NCBI RefSeq assembly: GCF_036365525.1
Contig: NC_090414.1
Coordinates: 19,677,846 to 19,741,845 of the forward strand
Reading direction: 5' to 3'
Length of the DNA: 64,000 bases
Source: Heterodontus francisci
Taxonomy: Eukaryota
Under the pieces are notes generated by a model, which worked only from the letters and a program-made list of their open reading frames with translations, did no database searches and had not been told where the DNA came from. Position numbers and translations under genes: made by a program. This document shows, in pieces, positions 1 through 13,000 of this stretch (position 1 is the first letter of the stretch; every line of letters begins with the position of its first letter).

Positions 1-50
1 GCTGCTGAGCGATGAACCTTTCCACTAATTGACCTGCTTTTAAATTCCAG

Positions 51-1958
51 CTGCCAATGGTGAAGGATCGCGGAGTGGCGACACCTTGGCGGGGACCAGT
101 TTGGAGCCACCTCCTGCTGGATCGATCCCAGGATTTCCCTTCTTTCCTCCCTTCCCATCAGCTCCTTGGGTGGGAATGCCACCTCCTCCGTTTGGTAAGT
201 ATGGATGCAGTTTGAGGGTCTTGGTGTGATCGATTTATTAGCATACGCCTGTCCTCCTCCTCCCGTTTATTGGGACTCTGTCGTGTTTAGCCCGCTGGCT
301 GTGTGGAGGGGAGCCAGCCCCCCGTGGAACTGTATCCCAGCAAGGACTGGCACATCGGGGAGAGGAGGAAATAAAATTGGAGCGGCTGGGGGAGGTTTGG
401 GCGTTACAGATATAATTGGAATCCCTCAAGTTGTTGCCCCTTTTTGTTTATTTTTCTGCTCTAGGAATGCCCCCAATGCCGATGCCACCTTCGGGCTTTG
501 CAGGACTGACGGAAGAGGAGCTGCGAGCGATGGAAGGACAGGAGCGGCAGAACCTGGAAGCACGGCTCCAGTGTCTTCAGAACATTCACACCCTGCTGGA
601 CGCGGCCATGGTCCAGATTCACCAGTACCTCTCGGTCGTCGCTACACTCAGGTAGGCTGAGCTGTTGCGAGGCTCAATCACCCAGCAAACCAGGCCAGGT
701 TTTACTGTCCTTGTGCAAAGTTACCACTGAAAGGGTCGTCGCTCACCCGCCCCTCCACTGGGTCAGTTAATATATGCTGGCAAGTGTAAAATTCAAACCA
801 GAAGCATCTGGTTTTTCTCCCTAGCCTCTGCGGACTACACAGAATCATAAACTTTTACAGCATAGAAGGAGGCCATTCTGCCCATCAGTACTCTACCCTG
901 TTTCTGAAAGAGCCTTGCCTTTGCCCCATTCAGCTCTGAAAGAGCTGTTTTCTTAATCCCTCATCCCACTGGATAGGAATTTCCAAGATTGGGCTGACAT
1001 ATGATGCCCTCCACAGTCTTTCAGCCTCACCGTCGCTCAATGTCCGGGCTCACACTTTGGTCCAGGGTCTGAGGACAACCAGCATCCGGGTTTGGAGGAC
1101 GCCGGGGACCCTCGTGAAGGAAATTTTAAAGAATAGGTTTTTGAAGGGGACTGACTTTGCTCCTTTTCTCTAGTCCCCCCAGGCCAACGACAACCGCGAG
1201 TTCGGCACCGAGCACAGAGTCTGCGGATCTGGCATCTGGGTCACAGATGGATTCAACGGGAGACTCTCCTCCTGCAGCCGACAGCACCTCTACACAGCCT
1301 CTCTCGCAACCCGAGGAAATAGGTACCAGTTTCCACATAATGTTGGTGGGGAAGTTGGAGACCGGGTGTGGGGGCTCCAGTTTAGCATTCTTCGAGGAGG
1401 TGACTGATTATGTTGGGTTGGGGGGGAAACACAGTGGATGTGATGTATGTGGACTTTCAGAACACCTCTGACCAGTTTTCCACACAGGAAACGATTAGAA
1501 GCATTAAGGCCTGGGGAAATGGGATCAAGGTAACTAACAGTTTAAAAGGATGGAGAGAATTCCCTGTAATTTGTGAATGCTGGTGTGTCCAGGACAGCTG
1601 TTCCCTCGTTTCAAAGGACCGAGTTACAAGGACATTGTAACTCCACTGAACGCGGAAGCCCCTCATCCTGGTCTATAAGGTGCCTCGGTGGGGTGGGGGG
1701 GAAGGTTTGAGGGAAGCGAGAAATTCTCCTTAGTCCTGTACTTTTATACCTTTCGCGGTGGTAGCTTGGGTGAAGGGCTGAAACTGGTCTTCTTTGACGT
1801 TTGCAGGGCAGAGCGATCTGGAAGGTGCAGTGGGATACTCCATACCCGACTTGGCTGATCTCCCAGACGACGAGAAAGGCTTGCTTAGCGAGCCGGACGC
1901 CGCAGAACTGCGCCGACGGCGGCTGCGGAAACTCGACTTGCCCAGTGCCCAACACTGA
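51..1958 (+). CDS. SYVN1: E3 ubiquitin ligase synoviolin/HRD1, last four coding exons (5' part of gene lies outside the window)
   Basis: Exons 51-194, 465-651, 1174-1322 and 1807-1958 have GT-AG ends and consistent phases. Translation includes PGFPFFPP..WVGMPPPPF-GMPPMPMPPSGFAGLTEEELRAMEGQERQNLEARLQCLQNIHTLLDAAMVQIHQYL and ends EPDAAELRRRRLRKLDLPSAQH*, matching the vertebrate SYVN1 C-terminus. Confidence 0.96.
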
Positions 1959-4900
1959 CCACTTGGATCGGACTACGCGGCTTAATGCCGGTCAGAGGCG
2001 GGGGGAGGTGGGAGGGGGGGTGGTGGTTCAGGCTGGGCCAAGAGAAGGCTGAAATATGACCTTTACATGGAAGGGTGTTTTTTCATCCTCCCACAGATCC
2101 ACACCAAGTGCCATTGATTCTGTGATAACGCAGGAGATCCAAGTTTTGAAAGTCGCTGCCAACTGCCCTGCAGCTGGTCTGAGAATATGGAGAAACTCCA
2201 GTAAAAAAAAAACAGATACACCAGCTGTAAACTCTCATTCTGTCCTTTTCTCTCATGCAACCTGACGTTTGAAACGCAGCCAAGATCTTGTTAAGTGATT
2301 GATTTAATTGGGTTTCCACACAATTCTCACTGCGACCTCTCACAAAGGGTATCTGAGGGGCAGTGCAGCACACCCCCACCCCACCCCCCCTTCGCTCTGG
2401 CACCAGGTGTTACACCCCCACCTCCCCCAAACACCAGGAGCTTCTGAGAATCTGGCAGTGTAGCTTCAGTGTTGCCTCAGCGGTTTACGGATTCAGCCTG
2501 CAGTCATGCCGCACTTTGACTCATGTTGGTGACCGTCTCTCTTTCCCCACCCCATCTTCCAAAACACTGCCACCACCTGACCAGTGTTGGAATGAACGTT
2601 TTCATTTATTGGGCACCCCAACACCAAAGTTTCGGTGCTTCCCACCGCCCCACCGCCCCCCCCTTCTATGCATGCACAGCCTGAGGGAGTGGGGAAGCGT
2701 GACACACCTCAAATAAGAGTATTGAAGCCATTTCACAGAGAGTAAGTCTCGGCGTACCGGAAGATGTAGCTGCGTTAAAATGATCCAGCTCTCGCGTCCC
2801 CTCATTTCTGTTTTTAAAAAGTCAGTATTCACCTCCTCGTTTGTGAATATGACTCACTTGGTTGAATGTCTGAGTGAGGGAGCCCAGAAAGGGTATAAAT
2901 GTAGCAGAGGAATAATTGGTTACAAACAAGTACATGTTTGTCTTTTTATTTAGTGGAAGGAGGAATCTTGTCTGTATTGCCAAACATCCTTCCCTTTAAG
3001 GCAGGAGACCTGAGCTAATAGAGTTGTTCCAGAGTGGCACTTTAAGCAGTTCAACTTTTCCTCTGCACAATAGGATTAAAAAGACAGCTGATTTCAAAGG
3101 AAATAGATACAGTCTGCGACTTTGGGGCTTGAGTAGATGGGCGGTTGATGATTTAATTTTACCTTTTGCTTAAAGCATTTTTTTTTAATGTTTAAATCCT
3201 TGTAGGAAAGTCCCTACTTTTTGTTTAAAGAAAGATTATTAATAGGAGTTGCGGTCGCTGTATGTAGTGACTTTACAAAGAGATGCGAGGGGGTTGGTTT
3301 GGGTGCCCCTTGTCCCGTCTCCGCCCCCGGTTGATCAGAGCACTATGTTTCCGACTTTATTTAAAGATTCCGCCCTCAACCGCAGCTAGTGAAGTGGTCT
3401 GTGCCCGTGATTTCCTCCCCTTATTCTGGGTCCGTCCCGTGTTTTTACAGGGTCAGTCAGTTGGTGCGCCACAAGTGGATCCTATCAGTAACTTGCCGCT
3501 CACCAGACCTGCGGGATAGAGGAAGGAGAAGTTCACTGCGACATCCTCCACTCCCCTACCCTCTTCCTCCCAGTGGTTTTAACACTGTTGAGGACAGTGG
3601 AAACTCTTGCGTAAGGAGAGACAGTCTCACCACCATCACCGCTTTACGTGTGTGCTTTTCTAAATATTGTTTTTCCTGGGCACCCCTCCCCGGTTAAAGA
3701 TTTGAATTGTGCGTTGGGACAGAAAGAGTTTAGTGCTGCACACTGGAAGGGGCAAATAACTTTTTCTTTTTTAAAAAAAAAAGGCCTGTGATTCATTTCA
3801 CAGGGTTAATCTGTGGAGTTTCACGGTAGTATTGTTGGAAAAGCTGCTCGACAGAATTCCGCCTTCAGCCACTTCAGTAGAAAGAACCTCCACCCCACCT
3901 TCCCCAATCAGTGAGACACAGCCATACAAACCAGGAATATCGGGAGTCTTTTTTTCCCTCCCTTTCCCTGTCTCTGTTGAGTCAGCTGATCACAGGAAGT
4001 ATAATTAGCTCCCTTGTTTGGTGAGGAAGTGGGGGAGGAGGATGTGGACTTGTCTCCTGCAGGGGACTCATGGCCGCCGCACGCGGCTGTACAGCCCCAC
4101 CGCCAGTGGGAGCGGGAGGTCAGCTTTGTTACTGGTCACAGGCTCCCTCGCGAGCTCACTGCATGTGGCTGAAACGGGTTCACCTTACACCCTCGAGACA
4201 ATGAGACGGACTCCTCTACCCAGATCACGCTTGCAAATTTACTTGTGACCCTTCCCCTACCCGTTTGTGGGCCACACGCTGACTCTTGGAATCTCCTGGT
4301 CGAGATGCATGTCATTTCCATCAATTACTGCAGGCGGAACCTGCACTCCCAATTCCTGCTGGAAATCATGTGTCGGTGGGTGCCAAATGAGGATCAGATA
4401 GGGTTTAAATCTGCCAGCACACTCTCACTCAGCACACACACACGCACATGAATGAGCACAGGGGCTGCCGAGGGATGTATGCCCCCCCCCACCCCCCCCC
4501 CAGTGATAATCAGCATTGTTTGGAGAGGAGGGGGCAATTGATGCATGTGGTCGGGTGGGGGCCATAGGTCACAAGTAAATTTGCAGATGCGATCTGAATC
4601 AAGGAGTTTGTATTATTGTAGCTTACTGTTAGTCCATGGCTTCAGTTGTCGTGGCTTTTTACAATTCCCACTGCTCTATCCTACTGGAACGACAGCTCCA
4701 AAATATTGCAGGGAATCTTCCTCGCTCTCAGTGTGTCAATGGTCCTCCGATACCTCGGGGTCTTTCTGCAGCCTGTGCTCCCTCATTGCTGTGCACCTTC
4801 TACCGTTTGCAGCCCAGCTGGCTGTAGCTCTCAAGTCCTGACTTGTTACTACTTCACATTCCTCGCTGTCCCGGAAAAGAAGGCTGCTCGGCGATGGGAT

Positions 4901-5690
4901 GGTGGCGGGGTGTTGCCCAGCTTTCACACACTGAATGAAAGGACACCCGTTAGGTCTGTAGTTAATTTTCACTCCCTGTGGGTGGTGCCTGGCTTCCATT
5001 TGACAAGTGCCCATGGTGCGATGATTGAAATCAGGCTCAGTGTGTGACAGGCGTCCATCGCTCTGCGATGCAGTATTTCACTGGGTGAACCTGGAGCAAG
5101 ACGTTGGTCGGGATGCTGAGTTACTGATTGGGATAATGGTAACTCCGCTGCATGGGAAGCTGTCCATTTCCTGTCCTATCGTGGGTTTTAACTCCTCACT
5201 GATTAGTTTTGACATCTGTTCTGTCAGCCAGTTTAACACTTTCTCAGATGCTCCCTGAGGATTTAGGCTGCCAGTTTCTTTTTTTTTTAAAGTTTCAATC
5301 CTCCGTTACTCCCTGGTCACGTGATTGGCACCTCCGTTTCCCCCAGTCAGCTAGGAACGGAGTGCAGGCTACATGCTGATCTAAAACGAGAGGGTCCCCA
5401 TTTGTCTCGGGCAGGCCGCTCGTCATTTCCGGGCGCCTCCCTGGGATCACTGGTTGGAGGTAATTGGATGCAGGGCATGCGGAGTGTGGCCGTAGGATAA
5501 TGCAGAAACAACCTCCTCTCTGTCATGTTCAGGTTAGGGTTTACCAGTAGATTCCTTGCATTAATTCCAAGAGCTCTATAGAGGTGAGGGTTTTGTGGTT
5601 GATTATTTAATTTGTATATATTGTATAAAATTTTAATAGCTGGAATTGTACATACTGCACAATAAATCCTGCTGGTTCTGTCTCGCCTGC
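1959..5690 (+). other. SYVN1: SYVN1 3'UTR (about 3.7 kb) ending near AATAAA at 5661-5666
   Basis: Unique sequence with no recognisable interspersed repeats from the stop codon to an AATAAA preceded by AU-rich TGTA motifs. Repeats resume at about 5775. The 3' end is inferred. Confidence 0.65.
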
Positions 5691-5774
5691 ATTGTCTATA
5701 CAAAAGTCTAATGGCTGTGATTTTTCTATCACAACCATTTCTGCTATGCTAACATGTGGCACATATGAAACATT

Positions 5775-6140
5775 CACTCCCTCCACCACCGCCGCACAGT
5801 GGCAGCAGTGTGTACCATCTAGAAGGTGCACTTCAGTAACTCGGCAAGGCTCCTTCGACAGTACCTTCCAACCCTGGCACCTCTACCACCTAGAAGGACA
5901 AGGGCAGCAGCTGCATCGGAACACCACCACCTGCAAGTCGCACGCCATCCTGCCTTGGAACTATTTCGGCCGTTCCTTCACTGTCACGGGGTCAAAATCC
6001 TGGAACTCCCTTCCTAACAGCAGAACGGGTGTACCTACACCCCCAAGGACTTCGGCGGTTCAAGAATGGGGCTCACTACCCCCTCCTCAAGGGTAATTAG
6101 GGATGGGCAATAAATGACCAATGCCCACATCTCAAATGAA
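5775..6140 (+). mobile_element. 3' end of a non-LTR retrotransposon (abundant shark LINE family)
   Basis: Ends TCAAGGGTAATTAGGGATGGGCAATAAATG. The same tail recurs at about 15590, 34070, 48410 and 51800, and reversed at 57120 and 63780. Confidence 0.65.
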
Positions 6141-9020
6141 TATTAAAACATTAAGCCCTTGGCAGCATACAGTTGCTTACAAGAGAATGGCTTGGAATTA
6201 TACAGCATCTGCCACCCCTTTGAGATGCCCTGAATCAATTTGCATACTATGAAGTCATGTCAGTGTTGTGACGTATGCCGATACAAAAGCCAATTTGCAC
6301 AAAGATCTATTAAATCGCAATGAGATAAATAATTGGATAATCTGTTTCAGTAAGATTACAGGCAAGGACACAGCAGACCTCTTCCACTCAGGCCATTGGG
6401 ATCTTTACAGTCTCCTGGAACGGGCAGGCCGAGCCTCCAATTTAACATTAAATTGAAGCAAAGCAGCTGTGCCAGTGCAGCAGCAGCACTCCTTCAGCAG
6501 TGCACTGGAGTGACATTTCGGATTGTGGGCTGAGAGCCTGCAGTGGAGCTATTGACAGTGGCGAGCGTGGTGTTGAGATGGGACAAAGTCATTAAGAGTT
6601 TCCAACAGTTTGGGATCTTGTCTGCCCGCTGTGGGCTACAGGCTCTCTCAGGGATACACCTCAACTCACTGCATTTAAAAAAAAAAAAAAATTCTCATCT
6701 CCCCTGTGGTTCTGGCACAAATGAGTTTGAGACTGTGTCCCTAATTTACCTTTTCCATATCATTTAGTATCGTAAACTCTATAAGGACCTGTCTTGGGCA
6801 CCTAATGCAAGCAGAACCCGTAACCAGCAAGCCAGAGAACTGGAGTCACATTCCTTTGTTGGGCCTGGTGAAATGGATACAACAACTTTAACGTCATGAG
6901 GCCTTAAAGGGGAAGGTCAAATGAGGCACATCACTTCAGCAGAAGAAAAACAACACATTGTGCATTTCATAGTATACTAATATAATGAAATAGTGATAAA
7001 TGGTACAATGCTCCTGTAACAGCGAGCAATGCCACGGGGCATGTGTTAGCATTATTTTTTTTTAAACTTGCATTTATTTAGCATGATGTCATGTCTCAGA
7101 AACACCTGGAAGCGTTTCACAGCAACAACTTGCATTGAGATGGCACCTTTCACATAGTAATACTTCCTATGGCTCTTTAGAGGAGGAATATAAAACAAAA
7201 TTTGACACTGAGCCATAATAGATTACTTTGGAATGCAGTATCAGTTGTTTAAGCATATTTGTCAGATGAAAAATGTATTCTTGGGATGTAGTAAGACCAG
7301 CATTTATTGTCCCATTTCCAAGGGCAGTTAAATGTCAACCACAGTGCTGTGGATGTGGAGTCACATGTAGGCCAGACCGGGTGAGGATGGCAGATTTCCT
7401 CCCCAGAAGTACTAACCTGGTGGGTTTTTACAACAATCTAGTAGTTGTTATTAATGTGACGAGCATTTCATTTCAGATTTACAAATTGAACTTATCAATT
7501 CTCCTGGTTGCCAAATTGGGATTTGAACTCGCGTCTCTTGAGCAGTAGTCTGAGTCTCTGGATTACTAGTCCAGTAACATTGCCACGATGCCACCATCCC
7601 AGTCCACAGTAGGATTCTATGAGCAGTTTGCTGCTATTGTTTGAAGGGGGAATATTGGACAGGTCACCAGGAGAACTTCCCCTGCTCTTGTTCAAATTGC
7701 GCCATGGGATCTTCCATATCCACTGGACGAGATCTTGGTTTAATATTCCCTCTGAAAGACGTGACCTCCAACAACGCAGCTCTGGGGTGTCAGCCTGGTT
7801 TCTATGTTCAGCCCAGGACTGCTGGGTGTTCCTGTAACCTCGTGTCAAAGAGACAGGAGTGCCCCCAGCTGACCCCGGACACCAGGCCTGTGCAATGATC
7901 GTCACTGGCTATTCAAACAAAAGGCTCATTTTAAGCACTTAAGAGTGGATGAGATCAGTTTAGAAACAAAAGCTTGCATTTATACCTTCAGTGCATTAAA
8001 ACACCATAAAACTCTTCACAGGCGCATTGTCAAACATAATCTGATAGTGAGCCTGGACCACTGAAGGTATGCTGCCAATGGTGGGCGATTAATGCGGTGG
8101 GTGATGTGCAATAACCAGATTATCTGGTTTTTTTTGTGATGTTGATTCAGGGATAAATGTTGTCCAGGCCATCGGCATAACGCCCCAGCTCTTCAAAATA
8201 GTACCACAGGATCTTCTGCATTCACCTGAGAGGACAGATGAGGCCTCAGTTTAACATCTCAGCTGAAAGACAGCATCTCCAACAGAGCAGCCCTCAGCAC
8301 TGCACTAGAATGTCAGCCTAGATTCTTGTGCTCAGGGAATGGAGCTTGAACTGACTCAAAGAGTCAGAGTGCCAACTGAGCCACAGCTGACAATATCAGC
8401 ACGGAGGGAGGTAGGGCTGGAGGAAGATAGAGATTGATTCATACAGTGCTGAATACACAATTTTGACTGTACAGTGCAATTGTTTAATTGCCTACATATT
8501 TGTCCCCAAAAGTCTTTTAAGCAAAATCTAGTATTTCACCACTTCTGAGCCTCTTTCTGCGGGAAAGAAATTGCATTTACACAGCAGGTGTCATGACCCC
8601 AGGACAGCCAACAGACTGCTTTGGCACTGTCGTCACTGTTGTAATGTGGGCCTACGCAACAGTCAATATGGGCACAGCAAGATCCCACAGTCAAGGGATA
8701 AATATCGGCCAGTACATCAGGAGAGAGATCCCCTGCCCTTCTTGGAATACTGCCATGGGAATCATTAACATCTATGGTGGCTGTCAGGTCCTCAGTTTAA
8801 CATCCCTGCCAAAAGACGACATCCCCAACAGTGTATTTAATATGTCTTGGTTGATGGGAGCAGCTCAAGTTGCCTGAGGCTTTTTGGGATGTGGATGTGG
8901 CTAGTAAGGTCAGCATTCATTGGCCGTCTTTAGTTGTGCCACAACTCAGTAACTTGTTAGGCCAATTCAGAGGGCAGTTAAAGAGTCAACCGATGTTAGT
9001 GTGCATCCTTCAGGTGAGAC

Positions 9021-9338
9021 ATATTTATTTATTTTTATTTATTTAGAGATACAGCACTGAAACAGGCCCTTCGGCCCACCGAGTCTGTGCCGACCATCAA
9101 CCACCCATTTATACTAATCCTACACTAATCCCATATTCCTACCACATCCCCACCTGTCCCTCAATTCCCCTACCACCTACCTATACTAGGGGCAATTTAT
9201 AATGGCCAATTTACCTATCAACCTGCAAGTCTTTTGGCTTGTGGGAGGAAACCGGAGCACCCGGAGAAAACCCACGCAGACACAGGGAGAACTTGCAAAC
9301 TCCACACAGGCAGTACCCAGAATTGAACCCGGGTCGCT
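9021..9338 (-). mobile_element. HE1-type V-SINE, 5'-truncated, with (TAAA)n tail
   Basis: Reverse strand reads GACCCGGGTTCAATTCTGGG..GTGTGGAGTTTGCAAGTTCTCCCTGTGTCTGCGTGGGTTTTCTCCGGGTGCTCCGGTTTCCTCCCACA (B-box plus V-domain), then a CR1-like 3' tail and TAAA repeats. Confidence 0.85.
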
Positions 9339-9519
9339 TCTTTCCCGAAGGGGCATGAGTGAACCAGATGGGCTATTACAATGATCTGCCAGCTTGTGGC
9401 CACTTCTTTGCTGAGGCCAGATTTTCATTTCCAGAGTTCTTTAAAAAAATATATATAATTTTCAGGATTAAATGGAAGTCACAGGCTTTAAATCCAAGTG
9501 GACAAGATATTTCAGACTT

Positions 9520-10090
9520 CTCCTCCTCTCCACCCCTCCCTCTCGCTCAGCAGTTTCCGGTTCCGGTGCCTCAGAGGATGGTGACGGGAGTGATGGAGGC
9601 GGCGGAGAATCCGTGGTCGGAGCCGAAGCTGAATCCGCCGGCATCGGCTCCATCGGGCGGTGAGTGAGCGCGGTCCTGTCACCGATCGAGAGAAAAGGAG
9701 CGGTCCGGTTGAAAAGCGCCGATATTATTTAACGGAGAGGGAGGTGGACGAGATTGGTCGCCGACGCCGCGACCGGATCAAACGGGCGCCCCCGCCTCCT
9801 TGGGGTTTCCGATGACGGGTGGGGATGGTTGAGTGGGTGGGTGGGGGAATGGACGCCGGCTTATTGTGAGGTGAGAGCAGGGGGGAAGAGACTGAGGGAC
9901 GTCGTCTACCATCACTATCCTTGAATTTACTCTCCCTGGTTCCGAGATGCGGGGAAACACCGCAAATAATGGCGCCGACGACCGGCCTTTGCGGAGCCGC
10001 TGTGCGCAGGCGCAGAGACCAGATTTTTCTTTGGGGGGGGGGGGGTGGAGGAGAGAAAAGACCCGGATGGGAACCCGGAAGTAACATCCA
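9520..10090. promoter_or_regulatory. CpG island / promoter of the PRPF39-like gene
   Basis: CpG-dense stretch with tandem TTCCGG (ETS) at 9555-9566, ATTGG at 9753, YY1-like AATAATGGCGCC at 9965, NRF1-like TGCGCAGGCGCA at 10003 and CCGGAAGT at 10075. Confidence 0.75.
9578..9659 (+). CDS. PRPF39-like exon 1 (putative start)
   Basis: AGGATGG Kozak context inside the CpG island; [27 protein letters not shown]; donor CG|GTGAGT in phase 1, matching the phase-1 acceptor at 18942. Confidence 0.7.
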
Positions 10091-13000
10091 TCCCCCATTG
10101 AACAGTACAGGGGGTGATGTATGTAGCCCTCCCCCTTGTTGTCTGTGGGAGCTTGCTGTGTGCAGATTGGCTGCTGCGTTTCCTACATTACCAACAGTGA
10201 CGACAGTTCAAAAGTACTTCATTGGCTGTGATGGCCTGAGGTGGTGTAAAAGGGGGAAAGACTTGCCGTTATCGAACCGATAGAAGGTTTACGGCACAGA
10301 AAGAGGCCACTTGGACCATCCAGTCTGCGCTGGCTGAAAAATGATCCATCCAGTCTAATCCCACCTTCCAACGTTTGCTCTGTAGTTCTGCAGGTTACAG
10401 CACTTGAAGTGCGTATCCAGACTCCTGCCTCAACTACCCTTTCAGGCAGTGCGTTCCAGACCCCCACCACCCTTTGGGTGAAAAAAAATGTCCTCATCTG
10501 CCCTCTAATTTTTCTACCAATCACTGATCTCTCAGTTAATGTAAATAGGCCCTTCACCTCCACTGTATCCAGGCCCCTCAAAATTTTGTACATTTCAATC
10601 AGATCTCCCCTCAGCCTTCTCTGTTATATAGTGTCTTTCATGACTACCGGATGTCTCAAAGTGCTTTGCAGCCAATGAATAAAGAACGGTGCTTGTTAAA
10701 TGCAAGTCTTTTGCTTCAATGCTGCAATATGGCTTTTGGTTAAGTGTCTGTATTCCTGTGGAACTTTCCACCGCCACTTATGAATTCTGCAAAGCATGCA
10801 ACACTGCAGCTGTACATGAAAGGTGCCATGCTGTGCCCTATGTCCCACTGATAACCTGCTCCAGTGTAGTTGCTCAAACTTTCTCCTGGTCTCCAGTGTT
10901 GTTGATTCTGATCGGACATATTCCTTAGAGGTTTTGTTGTAAATCCTCCTAAGTCCAACCACCCTCCCAAATGTCCGCTTATTCCATATCCGTTTTCTTT
11001 ATAACTAGTAAGCAGAATGTTCTGAAAGAAAAGAAGCATGAAATTTGTCCTCCCATAATTTTTTTTTATTGGTTTTGTGGGATGTGGGCCAGCATTTATT
11101 GCCCATCCCCAATTGTGCTTAATCTGAGTGGCTTGCTAGGCCATTTCAGAGGGGCATTTAAGAGTCAAACACATTGCTGTGGCTCTGGAGTCACATGTAG
11201 GCCAGGCCAGACCAGGTCAGGATGGCAGATTTCCTTCCCTAAAGGACCTTAGTGCACCAGATGGGTTTTTGCAACAATTGACAGTGGTTTCATAGCAGTG
11301 TCCAGGAGATTAATCTTTAATTTCTGGAGATGCCAGAACAATCCTGGAGGACTGGCAGCTCAACTTATCTCCAGTATAACCCAGATCTCCCTTGATGTTC
11401 CTCTCCTGTTCAGTTGTTGTCATGCTACTCCTCAGTGCTGACTTCTGCAAACACCCAGTTGTAACCTGCTCTGCTCCGTCTATTGGCTCCAGGGATCCAA
11501 CTGTTTGTCATCAAATCCTGACACCGTCCAAACATCCCCTCGTCGGCAAAACTGAAGCTGCTTCGCGTTCCGACTCTGAGAACACAAACTTCCGCTACTG
11601 CTCCCTCACACACAGCTCGGCAGTACATAACCTCTTCCTGTTTGGGTCCCATCGCCGTGGCTTTCTGGTGCCAGAATATTGGCTGTTCCGCGCCCACTCA
11701 TGGGCCTCCCAAACTTTAGCTGATACAAAATCCGATGGCCTGAACCCTCCGCCACACCAGCATACGCTGCCCCTGGAACGGTCTTCCAAAACTACACCAT
11801 CTTCCTGCCTCCTTGCATTTATGTAGCGCCTTTCACATCCTCTGGATATCCCAAAGGGCTTTACAGCCAATATCTTATTTTACTGCAACTGTACACGACC
11901 TTGTTGAGACCTCGTCTGGAGTACTGTGTACGGTTTTGGTCTCCTTGTTTGAAAAATGATATAATTGCACTAGAAGCAGTTCAGAGAAGGTTCACTCAAC
12001 TTATAAAGAAAGGTTGAACAGGTTAGGCCGATACTGATTGGAGTTTAGAAGAATGAGGGGTAGTCTTATTGAAACATACAAGATCCTGAGGGAACTTGAT
12101 AGAGTAGATACCCGGGGTGGGGGTGGGGGGGGGGCGTGTTTCCTCTTGTGGGGGAGACCAGAACCAGGGAACACAGTTTAAAAATAAGAGATCTTCCTTT
12201 CAATGAGCAGAATTTTTTTCTCTGAGAGTTGTTAGTCTGTGGAATTCTCTTCCCCAGAAAGTAGTGAAGGCTGGGTCATTGAATATATTCACGGCTGGGT
12301 TAGATAGATTTTTGATAGATAAGGAAGTCGAGGGTTATGGGGGACAGATGGGAAAGTGGACTTGATTCCATAATCAGATCGGCCATGATCTAACCAAAGG
12401 GCCAAATGGCCTACTCCTGTTCCTAAGTCCTTTGTTCCTATCTCAGTCTCATCACTTTGGGGTAGAGAATTCCAAAGATTCACAACCCTCTGATTAGAAG
12501 GAATTTCTCCTCATTTCAGTCCAAAATGGCCAACTCCTTATCCTGAGACTGTGACCCCGTGTTCTGGACCCTCCAGCCGGGGAGCATCCACCCTGTCAGG
12601 TCCTCTTGATGAAAGGCTGTCCAGAGGATAAGTTGGGAAGGAGCGATGGAGGAACTATATGGAGGGTGAAGTAGTTCACTGGCAGGGTTATCAGAGCATG
12701 GAATGCCTCACTACAGAGTGCTAGTGAGGCAGAGGAGGTCATCATTGAAAGGGAATGGAGGACGAATTTGAAAGGGAAAGTTATGAAAGGATACAGTGAA
12801 ATGTGATCAGAGGATGCTAGCTGTGAAGGGTGGGTGTTCACCCCTGTGCTGTAATTGCTGTGATTCTAGGGCAGATGGGCATTAATGTGGGAAAAGCCTG
12901 GTTTCTCCTTCCCCCATGGACACATTATGTGCCACAGCAACAAGGGGTTCATTCCACTGTTTTTAAAAAGAAAGTCCCCTGTAGACTAAGCAAAATTAGT

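Noticed and set aside
4646-5047. Hydrophobic 133-aa ORF
   Set aside because: Non-ATG start, lies inside the SYVN1 3'UTR, and resembles no family I recognise.
5316-5328. GTCACGTGATTGG as an ER-stress element for SYVN1
   Set aside because: Does not match ERSE or ERSE-II spacing and lies in the distal 3'UTR; a single short motif is not enough support.
6760-8570. MRPL49 or another - strand gene tail-to-tail with SYVN1, as in human
   Set aside because: Candidate - strand exons near 6780-6900 and 8520-8557 translate to nothing recognisable, and no linked donor or start was found.
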